A DNA stretch of 64,000 bases from the human T2T-CHM13v2.0 reference genome, Homo sapiens: the NCBI RefSeq assembly GCF_009914755.1, contig NC_060944.1. One strand, given 5' to 3'. How positions within the stretch are numbered: the stretch's first letter is position 1; each line of letters starts with the position of its first letter. Position numbers and translations under genes: made by a program. Positions 28,100-41,728 of this stretch are shown here, in pieces. The notes under the pieces were generated by a model. That model was not told where the DNA came from. It ran no database searches and was given only the letters and a program-made list of their open reading frames with translations.

Positions 28100-29171
28100 G
28101 GCTCGGAGAGTGTTATTTTGGAACTCCCGGAGTTGGATTTTATTTTTTAGTCTTGGAAGAAGAAAGATTCAGGATATAATGTGATACAGTTTCCTGCTAC
28201 CCAGCAGTGCATGCAAATTTTTCATATGCTGATAGGAGAATTGTGGAGTGATTCACAGGAGATCAAACTAATAAGTGGCCCAGCCTATATGCCCTTATGA
28301 TCTGGGTGTGGTGAGATAATGGAAACCTAGGTAGAAAGAAAACTCCAAACGTCTTATCGTGTTTCCTCTTTGAATTTCCTTAGATTAGAATAATTGTGTG
28401 CCATTGTTAGGCAGAGAAAAGGCCTAAGGTAAGACTTCTGACTCTCCAAGATCTTCTGGTAGCATGGAGAGGAGCTACAAAAACTTTAAGCCTCCATAGC
28501 TAAAGATGCAATATTGACTGGCATGTGGATACAACTCTGGAAGGCCCAGAGACCTCTCTTTTTGTATCTCTTTCTAAGGATCTTGCTAATTTTTTCAGTT
28601 CTCTCCTCTGTGTTGTGGGAGCTAGAGTCCTGCAAACAGCACTTCCTAGCCTGCTGTGCCTGCAGAGTTCCCACTTGTATTCCACCAATGAGAAGTGCTT
28701 GGTGAGGTTTGATAGGTGGAACAGAAGAATATTTCATTATGTTTCTGTGCCTTTGGGCAGAGTGTACGCCTCAGCAGACAGCAGACATGAGACAGACCCT
28801 TAAGAATCACCCATCTTAGTGCTGCAGGTAGATCCCAACTATGGCCAGATTCTACTTTCAGACCTTCTAATAGACACCCTTGTCCAGCAACTGCCTATAC
28901 ACTTCCAGTGATCAGAAACTCAATAGAACTAGAGACAGCCTCTTCTACACTGGACAAATCTAGCTCTTTTTGAAAGAAAATGAAACTTTTGAAAATATTT
29001 AATTATTTCTAAATATGTCTTTAAAGGTCACTTTATGCCCACATACTCTGTGTACTCCTTGTATTTAGTTCTGGGTAAGTTGGAAAGGCCTATTGTGATT
29101 TATTCATTGTCATTGACTTACAGCATAAGTTATTGTCAAGGTTTAAGAGGAGTCATCCGAAGGTTTAGAAT

Positions 29172-29806
29172 TGAAGCGGCGTTCCTGTCTAGGATAAATA
29201 CCTGAGTTTCATCATCTCACACCAGGAAAATAGAGGATGCAGACACACAAGAAGTGAGTTTAAGAGCAGAAGCTCAATAGGCAAAAGAATGAAAACGGAG
29301 AATAGCTTCCTCTCCTGCAGAGTGAGACATATGGCGGGGATGTGAAGCGGGGGATCTTCTGGTTCTGTGGCGAAATGCCTGGGGTTTTATAGATGAGCTT
29401 GAAGAGGCAGTATCTGATTTACATAGGACCCAAAGATTGGTTGGACCAGGTGTACCATTTACATAGTGTGCAAAGCTGGTCACCCCACCCTAATCTTTTA
29501 TTATGCAGATGGGGTCTCTACCTGGCCGGCGCCATGTTGTCTGTTCCTTACTGTACACGTGGTTGTCAAGAAAAAGGAAAGATGGAGCCACCATGTTGAA
29601 CATGCCTAGTCCCCAGGTAGCCTTTTCCTATTGACACAGCTGCTGACATTCACCCCTGCAAGGCTTATCTATGTCTGCAGCTCAGTTTCACAGGCTGCTT
29701 TTTGTTAGAAAAGAAATGATTTGGGGGCTGCTTTTTATTAAAAGGAAAACCTTACCAACGACTCTCTTACCCTCACTATCTGCCTAAATAATTTCTTTTT
29801 AACTCC
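29172..29806 (-). mobile_element. ERV1 solo LTR, probably LTR9-family
   Basis: Reverse strand starts 'ggagttaaaaagaaattatttaggcagatagtgagggtaagagagt' and ends 'gccgcttca'; ~635 bp. Confidence 0.75.
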
Positions 29807-29849
29807 CTCCAATATTTTAGACTAATACCATCATTTGCTCCTTCTTTCT

Positions 29850-30200
29850 TATATTTAGTTATGCAATGCTTATTAAGGCATTGTGCTTACACTGGGGAAC
29901 CAGTAGTCTCAGGCTTTCAAACAACTTTCGGTCTAACGAGGAGACATACAGGTCAACTAGGACCTAAAATACAGAGAATTAAGTGTTACTACAAAGCTAA
30001 CACAGGTGTATTGGTAACACATAGAAAAGGCTCTCAACTTAGTCTTAAGGGAATATAGAAAGCTTCCTTCTGTGGTCTTCCAGAAGTATGGGATATGAGA
30101 GAAGTGAATAGAAGTTGAATGTAGGGTGGGATGATGGAGCCCTCACAGTTGAAAGCACTTGTTAGAAAAGGGTATGAGCCAAAAAGAATGTAGAACCCTG
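29850..30200 (-). mobile_element. L2 fragment
   Basis: Antisense L2 3' motifs ('atgcttattaaggcattgtgctt...'). Confidence 0.5.
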
Positions 30201-31157
30201 AGTGAAAAACAGCGTACCCAGCGTGGAAAGCCCCTCAGTGTCTGAAGAGGCCAGAGGAGCCACTCCACCAGTTCATAACTCACCACCCAAGGCCCAGTTG
30301 ACTGACCAAGGAAAACAAGCGAGCAGGAAATAGATGATAGGCCTTGGCCTACACAGAGTAGTTAGAGGAGAAGTGAAATTTGTTGAAGAGCTGAAAAACT
30401 ACAAGTGACTAGAAAAACAGCACATAGACTACCAGTAAGTTTAAATTGTGGTTCGACACAGAGTAAGGTAAAGTAGCAGAAAACAATTCCAGGTAATCTG
30501 AGAGTAAATTTTTTTCTCAAGGTCTCCCATGTGTTAAAGAGGTCAAATTTTATTAGAGGCACAGATATTTTATGTTGATTAATTATAAATGAATTGAGAA
30601 CAAAAAAAATGTTATTTTTTTCAGCCATATCCTGTAATATTTTAAATCATTGACCCAACAATAAATAATACCATTGTTCTTCAGCTTTTTCTGACTGCCA
30701 AGAAACTCAGATTCGGGCAATTCATTAGGAAAGAAAAGAAAGGAAAAGAAAAGGAAAGGAAAGGAAAAGAAATATACACATATATATATTTTTTGAAGTT
30801 CCTATTAAGTCTTTTGTTTATATACTTGGTTTGCCAGAGCTGTACCTCTTTCTTTAGAGCCTGGGGCCAGCAAGGAAGGTGCCAACTTTCCAACATTAAG
30901 GGAGGAGAACTGTAATTCCTGGGTGACAATCCAACTGATTAGTTCAAGAAGATTACTGGAATTCTAAGAACTGAAGAAATGTAGGTTTTCTGACCATAAA
31001 ATTATTTTCAACACCAGCCTAATACACTCTGTAAAGGGCATTCCTCCATGGCTAGACAAACTGACCAAGCAAGGGAAGGATGTAGTATGAGGCGCTTTCA
31101 TCTATGTTAACATAGAGTGAGTGTATCACATGCACTTGGCTTGCTCACAAACTGAAA

Positions 31158-31159
31158 CA

Positions 31160-31200
<41 letters not shown>

Positions 31201-31238
31201 GTATGTATATATGTATGTGTATATATAGGTATATACAC
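31158..31238. repeat. (TA)n/(TATG)n microsatellite
   Basis: Seen directly. Confidence 0.95.
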
Positions 31239-33609
31239 AAATCTCTGTAGTGTTCACATTGTAAAAAGACATCCAAAAAGGGGGTTTATCATGGCAAATT
31301 CAAAATCATGAATATATGACACACTGTGTAACAAGCTCAAGAACTTTAAGTGTAAAAATATCACCCTGATGCCATTTGTTCCAAAGACAACTTGGAGAAA
31401 GTTTGCTTTAGCAGACAGGACAACCACAAGGCGCACACTGGAGAGTTAGGAGAAGAGTATCCCCTCTACATTGCTGAGCCCACAGCCTGACAGATGGGAA
31501 GAGCAATGAAGCACTCTGAAAAGCACAAGGTGATTTTGGTGGATTAGGCTTATATTCCCAAAGTGCAAATAAATATAAGAGTTTTCCATTTTCTCAGAAG
31601 AGTCTGCTATATGCAGGACTAAACAAGTGAGATGCTCTATATAGGCTGACCTGAAGACCTTCCTTTCCAATAACACCTCCTTCAACTTTCTTCCACAGAG
31701 CCCGGGCTCCCTTCCCAGGTCACCCCTTTGTATTAACACATTTCCCCATGAAGTTCCTTCTTTAACATGCTGACATGTCTTGTGAAAATTATTTTTTTTC
31801 TATAAGAATAAAGGTATATAGGATACGTGATTTATGGTCCATTTTTAAAATAACGTTCTCTTGAGAGTTAGAAGTTCATTCAAAGCATTATCAGCAAGAT
31901 TTTCTTATAAATTTTGGACGAGTATCCAATAGTACTTGATGGATTCATTTTGCATTCCTTGGCCAGAAGCTCTCCAGTGGAGCACCTGTGCTGGGACTCT
32001 TTTTGGTGCTGTCCAATTCAGCAGTGAGGCCAGATGAAGTAGAAGTAAGGTCTGCAGGCTGGAGTTTCATCCAGAGAAATCTTCTTGGCTGTGAATCAGT
32101 ACAGGAGCATAAGGTGGGGACAGTGAGGGATAGCAGTAGGAATGGCAACAGAAACAAAAAGAGGAGAAAGGGTAGCTTCTAGGAATTGCTTAAAGAGCAC
32201 AAGAAGAATGTGGAAGTTAATAAAAGGAAACTATTGGTGGTGACAGAAGCCAATGATGTTGGAGGCTCTTGTTAATGGAAAGCTACCTTGAGAATTGAGT
32301 ATAAGCCCTAAGCTTTGCATTTTTTAAAAATGGAAAGCAGCCATTTCATATTTCAAGAGTGTTCTCCCTTAAGAAAATGAATGGTATACAAGCTATTTCT
32401 ATTGTGGTCTGTGAGCCACAGCTTCCTAACTGTGTAAAAGCAACACTTGGCTGAACAGTGACTACAAGAAGAAAAAAAACTACCACTTTTACAGCACAAT
32501 GAAAAGAATGAAAAAAAAGGAAAATTTCCTTTGCCATGGAATTTCCTGCTGGATAGAATTATTCACCCATCCTTTTCTTCTAGCTGTCATGACTAGTTAG
32601 GGTGTAGAACAGGTACCACCTCTCTTTGGTATAATGCCACACTGAATTAATCCAACTTGGAGTCATGGATCATGGGAGCCTAGAACCTTTAAGCCTGATC
32701 AGTCTGCAAACATCCAAAACAAGTAGTTTTTCTTCTCTTATTTCTGGTAATATACAGAGTATTTTAAGGCATTATGCCCACATTTCTCTGATATGCTTGA
32801 CTTTTGAAGAGAAAGCAAAAGGAGTTCCCTCCTCAAATATAATCTTAAAGCTGCTAATTCATTAGCCATCCAGAGGTTGGTAAAAGGAATGTCCACTTAT
32901 TGTTTTTAAACCTGTAGACTGTAGACCATACTGAAAGCAATGGCCAGCAGAAGTAACAAATGTCATGAAAATAATTAGTGAATTGTTAAGTGAAAGTAGC
33001 AATTTTATGCAATTACTTTAAGTAGCTTAAAAATCTTTATTTTCCTAGCATCACATAGAGAGTTTTTCTAATTTTATATCCAAACACTCGTATACACTAT
33101 CTAAAGAAAATAAATGTTTAAAAACCCCCAGTAACAGAACCCAACCAGATATTGCTTAAATCTTAACATTTTGACTAGGAGAATATGTTTAAATCCCGAA
33201 GAATGGAAAATAGCATGCCTCAGTCTGAGGAATGCTGGTGTTCTTTCCACGGCAGGCTCACTTGGGTCAAGTGAGTGTAATTACTTCTATGGAGCCAGTC
33301 TTTGTTTAAAGGCTTGATACTTCTCCATTGCCTCTTGGAATTGCTGAAAGCTACAATGATTCACTTGGGTACAATTATAAGCATTGCTTTTCAGAAAGTC
33401 TTATATAAATACTACTTGGAAGAAAGAAGGAGAAGGAAGCTGAAAGGATAAATCAGTAATCAGAAAAACTTTCTGATTTTTTTTTCCATCATTTGTAATT
33501 ACTTGATTATGGAATTATAGGTAAAAAGTCATGTCCTTCTGTCACCATTGTCCACAGCAAAAACCACACAAAAAATATAATGATCCTAGAGAAACACTTG
33601 CACATGCAA

Positions 33610-33646
33610 ACACACACACACACACACACATACATACATACATACA
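33610..33646. repeat. (CA)n(CATA)n microsatellite
   Basis: Seen directly. Confidence 0.9.
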
Positions 33647-34405
33647 ACCATGTTTTTGCAAGAAAAAGGGAAGTGAGACACACATGATCATTCCCTTGGC
33701 TGGATCTGATCCCCCTGTAGGAACATAGATATTTTGCCATGTGCAGATTTTGGGGAAGGATGTTGGAGGGACTCCCTTTTCTCCCAACAGCAAGGTGACA
33801 TCCTGATTTGTGTTATTTCCATGTACCCTGCTGATAATCATTCTGACTTATGAAAGACTACTCTTGGAAGACTATCAGGGCCACACAAGTCAGGTTCTGG
33901 GGCCAGCAGTCAATTGTTGGTTGGGAAAGAGCCAGGTTTTGAGAAAAAGAGAAATTCGGTCTGGATTTTCCTACTTTTCTCTGCCGCCAGAATCTATTGT
34001 TGGAGGAAAAATCATGCAGATACTTCAGCCTACTCTCTGTAGTTCTTAAAACAAATCTCCACCCGTTTCTCCTTTATTCAATATGCTGTGTGGCAAGGCA
34101 AAATTCCACTGGTGCCATTTAAACATAAAAGCAAAGCCACAAAAATTTGCTGCCTCAATTTGAATTCTGGAACATAAAAGAGATTCTCAAGTTGCCTTCA
34201 GATCTGTGCTGTATGTGAACTTTGTGCTATTCGATTGCTGGTTATGGCCAAGCCCTGGAACTCTCTTCCACAGCTGAGATGTTTCCTGCTGTCCCCACCT
34301 CCTTTTCTCTAGTCAGTGTTCCTGGTTAGGTGCAATTAGAAGCTCAGCTGAGCTAGAAGTATTTCACTGGACTCTCTAAGAGTGAACTGGAGGGATCCCC
34401 TAGAG

Positions 34406-34605
34406 AAGTGGTTCTCGAACTTTAGTGTTCATTAGAACCACCTGGAAGGCTTATTAAAACACACATTCTTGTGTGCTTCACTACTAGAGATTCTTGTTGA
34501 CTGGAGGCAGGCGGGGGGAGGTGGGGAGCTGGGAGGTGGGGAGCATTTTTAAAAAGTTCCCAGGTGCTTATGCTGCTCAGAAGGCAACACTTTGAGCAGC
34601 ATCTG
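34406..34605. mobile_element. MER5A-like hAT MITE
   Basis: 'agtggttctcgaacttta...agaaccacctggaaggcttattaaaacac...aagttcccaggtg...cactttgagcagca'. Confidence 0.8.
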
Positions 34606-35472
34606 TCTAGTGTTATTCATAAACACAAATCTAGGCAATAGGAGAACACACTGGTTCATGTATCCATTCATCTAACATTAGTGACATGTCCCAAGCCCTC
34701 TGCCAGGCTCTGTGATGCACACCTGAATAAAGCCCAGAGCAGTAGGGAGGGTGCACAAGCTTAATAATGTGTTATGGGAAGTATACATAGAAATATGCAC
34801 AGGGAAGAGTGGGGTGCAAAAGAGGGGAGGCTCAAATCTCTCTGGATGTGTGAGTGGGGTCAGGAGCTAGCATGAAAAGTTTGAAGAGAAGATCGATGCT
34901 GGACTACATCTTAAAGGGAAGTCCAGTGCCACAGCAGGGCAGCACCATAAAGAGTGGCCTGAGATTGTAGTAGAGAATACTGCATGGAGATCTGTAGTGG
35001 CATATAGCCTCAGAAATAGGAAGAGAGGAATGGAAACCAGATATAAGACTTGAATAGTCTTCGATAGTCAAGGCTTGGTTAAAACATGAATCCTAAAAGA
35101 AGCAATAGAATAGAAGATAGAAATAATACAATAGTGCTAGTAGGCTTAAGAACAGATTGAATAAGGGGAGTGAAGGAAGGGAGATGATCAATGATGAAGA
35201 TCAGGATTAGTGGCGAAAGAAAATGAGTTTGTTTCTGAACACATCAAATTAAGGTGCCTATGGAGCATGAAGTTAGACCTCTCTATTGCCTAATTCCATC
35301 TTTCTAGATGGACATGCAAGCTCTGGAGCCCAGGAGAGAGATTTGGGCTGGGATTACTCAACTTTGACCTATGAGCAGTTGAATTCTCAGAAGTGAATGA
35401 AGCTGCCCATTTGTTTATCCATTCATTAAATGTTTACTGAGCACTTAGTACATGTCAGGCACATGTGAGAAG

Positions 35473-36116
35473 TATATTAGTATTCTGTGATGACAAATTA
35501 TGACAAATTTAGTGGCTTAAAACAACACAGATTGAGCATCTGCCCATTGTCTAAGTCAGAAATACAGGTTGGCTGGGCTGGTTTATCTCCTGTAGAGTTA
35601 ACAAGGCTGACATCAAAGTGTTGCCAAGGCTGCATTCCTTTCTGGAGTCTCTAGGATGTGTCTGTTTCCAAGCTCATTTAGGTTTTGGCAGAATTCAGTT
35701 CCTTGAGGTTGTAGGACTGAAGGTCCTTGGCTGTCAGCCAAGCTGTAGTTTCCACCTACAGGCTGCCTGCAGTCTTTCTCACTCCTTCCTGAAGATTCCC
35801 TTCAGCAAACCTGAGTCTTCAGAAAGGAAGATTCCCTGTGGGCTGGGTCACTCTCACGCTTCAAGTCTCTCTGACTTCCTTTCTGCTATACCTCTCTGCC
35901 GCTTCCTCCTCTGAGACACCACTCAGTGAATTTTCTCTGCTTTTAAAAAGTCATGTGATTAAATTCAGCCCACTTATGTAATTCAGGATAACCTCTCCAT
36001 CTTAGGCCCATAATTTTAATCAAATCTTCAGAGGCTCTTTTGCTACATAAAGTAACATACTCAAAGATCCACCAATTAAGGCACAGGCATCTTTGAAGGT
36101 CATTCTTACCATCACA
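35473..36116 (-). mobile_element. MLT1E-type MaLR solo LTR
   Basis: 'acaaatttagtggcttaaaacaacac...ttggcagaattcagttccttgaggttgtaggactga...accatcaca'. Confidence 0.75.
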
Positions 36117-36166
36117 ATGAACTGGAAATTCTGCATTTAACAAAACAGACACAATCCTTGTCTTCA

Positions 36167-36394
36167 TTTTTATTTTATTTTATTTTATTTTATTTTGTTT
36201 CTATTTTGCTAACTTTCATTTTACATTCAGAGGCTACATGTATTGGTTTGTTACATGGATAAATTGCATATTGCTGAGGTTTGGTGTATGAATGATCCCT
36301 CACCCAGGTACCCAATAGGTAGTTTTTCAACCCTTGCCCTTCTCCCAGCCTCCCCCTCTAGTAGTCCTGAGGGCCCAGTGTTTACTGTTCCCAT
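36167..36394 (-). mobile_element. Short L1PA15/16-like 3' end with a (TTTTA)n tail
   Basis: 'tggtttgttacatggataaattgcat...tgaggtttggtgtatgaatgatcc...cccaataggtagtttttcaaccc'. Confidence 0.8.
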
Positions 36395-37596
36395 AAAATT
36401 TATGGAGTAGGAAGATGTTTAGATAGATATGAAATGACAACCTAAAGAATTATATAATTATTAAATATGTTGAAATCTCTAAAGATTGCACCAGACTGTA
36501 AAAGGTACAGTGAAAAAAAATGGCAGCTTAACTGTTTTGTAGAGAGAAGGAATTCTTCCCCAAGAACATGAAAAGTGATTTGAGCTCTGAATGATGGATC
36601 AGCACTACATCCATGAAGAGGACTGAGAGAAGAGCATTTCAGAAGGAAGAAACAGCATGTACGAATGCCTTAAGGCAAACGTGGTACAAATAACTGAAAG
36701 AAGGCAAGACAGCTGGAGCAGAGGGAATAAGGGATGTGGGACAGGAGAGAGGGGTTGGGCATGCAGGACAACATGGGGACACAGAAAGGCTTTCAGCAAG
36801 GAAATGCCATGTTCAGACTTTAATTTTTAGATGACTATTTAGAGTGCAGTATGAATAAGGTATTGTAGGTGCCAAAAGAGCTACAGTGTTAGGGATGTAG
36901 TTCTGTGTTCCCAGAATGAAATGATAAGAGCTTTAGGCTAAGCATATAGTGAAAAGGGAGGAAAGTGAATAAATTTAAGAGCTGTTTAAGTGGTCTATTT
37001 TGTCAAGATTCCTTGGTTACATGTAATTCGAACTTTCAAATGAGTGAAATGTGAGGTGAGAACAGTATTACTAGCTCACAATTTCCAACCACAGAAAGAC
37101 CAGGGATGGCAGTGACAAGTCACGGACACAAGGGCCCAGGGCCCTCTCACCGTCTCTCTGTGCAGTGGGTTCCTTGCCTCTGAATGCAGTAGACCAGTCC
37201 AGTGTGACGACTGGGGCAGGGGTGGAGAGCATGTCCTGCCAGCAATCCCGGCATCCCATCTTTACGCCAGAGGAGAAAGAATCTTTTAAATTTTAACTCC
37301 ATCTAGCGATAAGCAAGTGATCAAGTCTGGCTAATTCCCTGATTAGTCTAATTAGTCAAGTTTGACTAATTCCCTGGATCATTTGTTTATTCCTAGAAAA
37401 ACATTAGGTTAGAGGTAAGGTCCTAATCTGGGAGATCTAGATATTTTTTAAGGATATTTTTCAGAAAAAAAAAATGTTCTGAGAAAACAGAACAGTAAGT
37501 GCTCAGTACAAAAAGCAAAGGCATAGGTAAGATAGATATGGTACATTATAGACAGGGTGCAGTCCAAAGTACTTTTTATAGCTTGATCATCTAAAT

Positions 37597-38247
<651 letters not shown>

Positions 38248-38875
38248 ATCTAGATGAATAGTTGTGTCTTTCAAGAGAAGGATCAAGTTTGAACAGAAAA
38301 GCATACATTTGGTTTTGGACATGTTGAGTTCAAGTGCTTTTGAGACATCAGGTTGAAACAGTGAATACATGGTTGGATATTTGAAGGTGAATTTATTTAA
38401 AAAAGAAACAGCTTTATGAGAACTTTAACAATTTCTCATGCTCCTCAGAAACAACTGATTGTTCTGTAGCAACAGTTAGAGTTACCATCACAACCAGTTT
38501 TAAACCCACTTAGTCAATTCATGATAACTTTCTCAGAGCAAGTTTTTGAAAGCTAACCAATGAGTAATAGTGTTCCTCTTTGGAAGGACAACCAGTTGGC
38601 AAGAGCATGACTCCAGTGAACATACTGGAAAGGCAACCAATCCACAAGGGTCTTCTCCCAAGAAATCATGCTTCTATAGCTGACATCAACCCATTCTCTG
38701 AACTATTTATTTTCTAAAATTTCCACGTACAATCAATAGTCTGCTTTGTTTAGAAAGACTGCCTAAAAATCATAACTCTCCCTTGCTTCAGTAATAAATT
38801 TAACTTTGTATTTCAGTTAGTAAGTGGTGGTTTCTTCCTTAACCTTAGCCTGAGATATTTTTTTTAAGTACCTTA

Positions 38876-39176
<301 letters not shown>

Positions 39177-39189
39177 TGTACCTTAAGTG

Positions 39190-40315
39190 CGTAGGCAGTT
39201 GCGGCCGTGGGAGAAGTGAGTTCTAAGGGAAAGCATACTGAGAAGTCAAGAGGGGCTAGAGTGTAGTCATACGAATGCTCACATTTAATGACTATGTAAA
39301 GAAGGATAAGACTACAAAGGAAAGAGTGAAGGAGGAGCCACAGAGATAAAAAGAAAATGAAGTACATATGTTGGCATAGAAACTGAGGCCAGAAACTGTT
39401 TTAAGAATTAAGGAACAGTCAACAAAGTAAAATGTCACTGAGGCCCTAGTTGGGATAGGAAATGAAATATGTCTACTGCATTTGGTGAACAAGCAGAAAT
39501 TTGTGACTTTTGTGAGATTTGTTTGTGTGCACCAATGAGAATGAAATTAAGATCAGAAGTTGAGATGTGAGTGGAGACGAGAAAATGGGAACAAAATGTA
39601 TAAACAGTTCTTTTGCAGATAGAGAAACAGATGGCTTAGTGTCAATTTGATTTTTCTAAGATTAAAAAAAAAGATGGAAGAGGTTCAGTAAAAAAGAGAT
39701 TGAAAATATAAGAGAGAAAAGATATAATCAACAGTATGGTGCATACGTAGGCAGTGACTGGAAGAGAACAGAGTGGGCAGTGAAGGAGTTTGGTTCAAAT
39801 AAAAGCATATGTGCCTATAAAGCAAAACATAACAAAAACATGGAGCAAGAGTGGGTGGAAATGTAGAATGGGCTATACATTGGGTAGCATAACATTGGAG
39901 GAGGACAAATTTCCTTCTTTCTTTCATCTCTTTGGAGGAAGAAAGCAAAATTATCTCCTGAGGGTGAAAAACCCAATAAATGAGGTAGGTTGAAGTCTGA
40001 GAAAAATTAGGACATTTAGAGAGAGAAGAGACAGAGACTCAAAAATATAACATTGAGAAAAGAGGTGGGGAACAGAAGAAGAACAAGAAAGCTAGCTGAA
40101 AATGATTAAAGAAAAAGGAAAGAGAAAAACTAGGAGAGTGGTATAACAAAAGCCAAGGGATGTTGTACAAAAAAACATTAGATGCTAGTTGCAGAGGACA
40201 AGGAAGATAAAAACTGAAAATAGTCTTATTTGACTTAAGACATAGGAAATTGTTGGATTTTCCATAGAGTAAAACCATACATCTACTTACAGTATGTTAA
40301 AAGGTGAATTAGAAG
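39190..40315 (-). mobile_element. L2 fragments
   Basis: Purine-rich antisense L2 motifs ('gaaactgaggccagaaactgttttaagaa...aaatgtcactgagg'). Confidence 0.5.
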
Positions 40316-40923
40316 ATTTCAAATTAAACAACGTCATTTGAACATATTTGTTTCTGTCCCTTTAATAATTAATTTATTAAAATTATAGTAAATAACTTAA
40401 TATCTACATTATACTTAATATAATGAGAGTGAAGAAGTTAAAAATAATCTACTTATCTACTATAAGAGCAAATAACAGAAAAGACACAACAAGAGATAAC
40501 AGTTGCTGAGACATTTTAGGAAGATGGAAAGCAATGAAGGAGTAAGCAGAGATGAGCACAGTAAATAGCAACTGCCTGCAAGTGCCCAAGAGAAAAAGCC
40601 ATTTCAATAGAGAACCATAAAAATATTCAGAATTTAGAATCAACAAGTCAAGATCTGGGCAAAAAGCCCATATATGGAACAGGTAGATGATGCAAAATTC
40701 ACTATACTAAGTGATGAAGTCTCCAAACCCTTTTGACCACTTGATTCCTAGAATAATAGGGCCTAGACATTTATACAGGTTGAAGAATGAGAGATTTTCT
40801 TTCAATAAAATGTCAGATACTGACATCTCAAATTGCTCTTCACTCCAAAGGGGCAGGTCCCTTCCCAATCAATTACCAGTAAACACATGTCTGGCCATGC
40901 CACAGAGTTGAGCTGACTGGTGA

Positions 40924-41242
<319 letters not shown>

Positions 41243-41728
41243 TGGTGACCCATTTCTAAATGTAAGTGAATAACACAAGACCACCAGTCATTTAAGGAAC
41301 ACTAACACAGCAGAAAGAGGCCAAAACAAAGAGAAAAAGAACACACAAAAACTAGAAGCAGAAATCCTTCTCATTACCACAAACAACATCACTAGAATTA
41401 ATATTCCCAGAGAGTTAAAAAAATGAAATTGATAGATATAGATATGCATTATGCCCAGAAAGAACAACAGAATTAGGAAGGGAGTGCTGATGAAGCACAG
41501 TTTTGGAGCTGAGTAGCTGAACAAATAGAAGTATTGGAGAACAGAGTCTCAAGGATGTCAAGGTGGGAATTAAGAGAATCTTATTTTACATGATTAAGCA
41601 TGTATTGCTATTTGACTTTTAAATGTTTGTGCATACATTAACTTTTTATGAATGGGAAATAATAAGTGTATTAGACATGAGATATGTGAACAAAGGTTAT
41701 AAATAATCTTTCCAAGATCTTTGTTCTA

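Larger units (their letters stand above)
34650..36990 (-). mobile_element. L2 fragments interrupted by an MLT1 LTR and an L1 3' end
   Basis: Antisense L2 motifs 'cattcattaaatgtttactgagcacttagtacatgtcaggcac' and 'agcatttcagaaggaagaaacagcatgt'. Confidence 0.65.
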
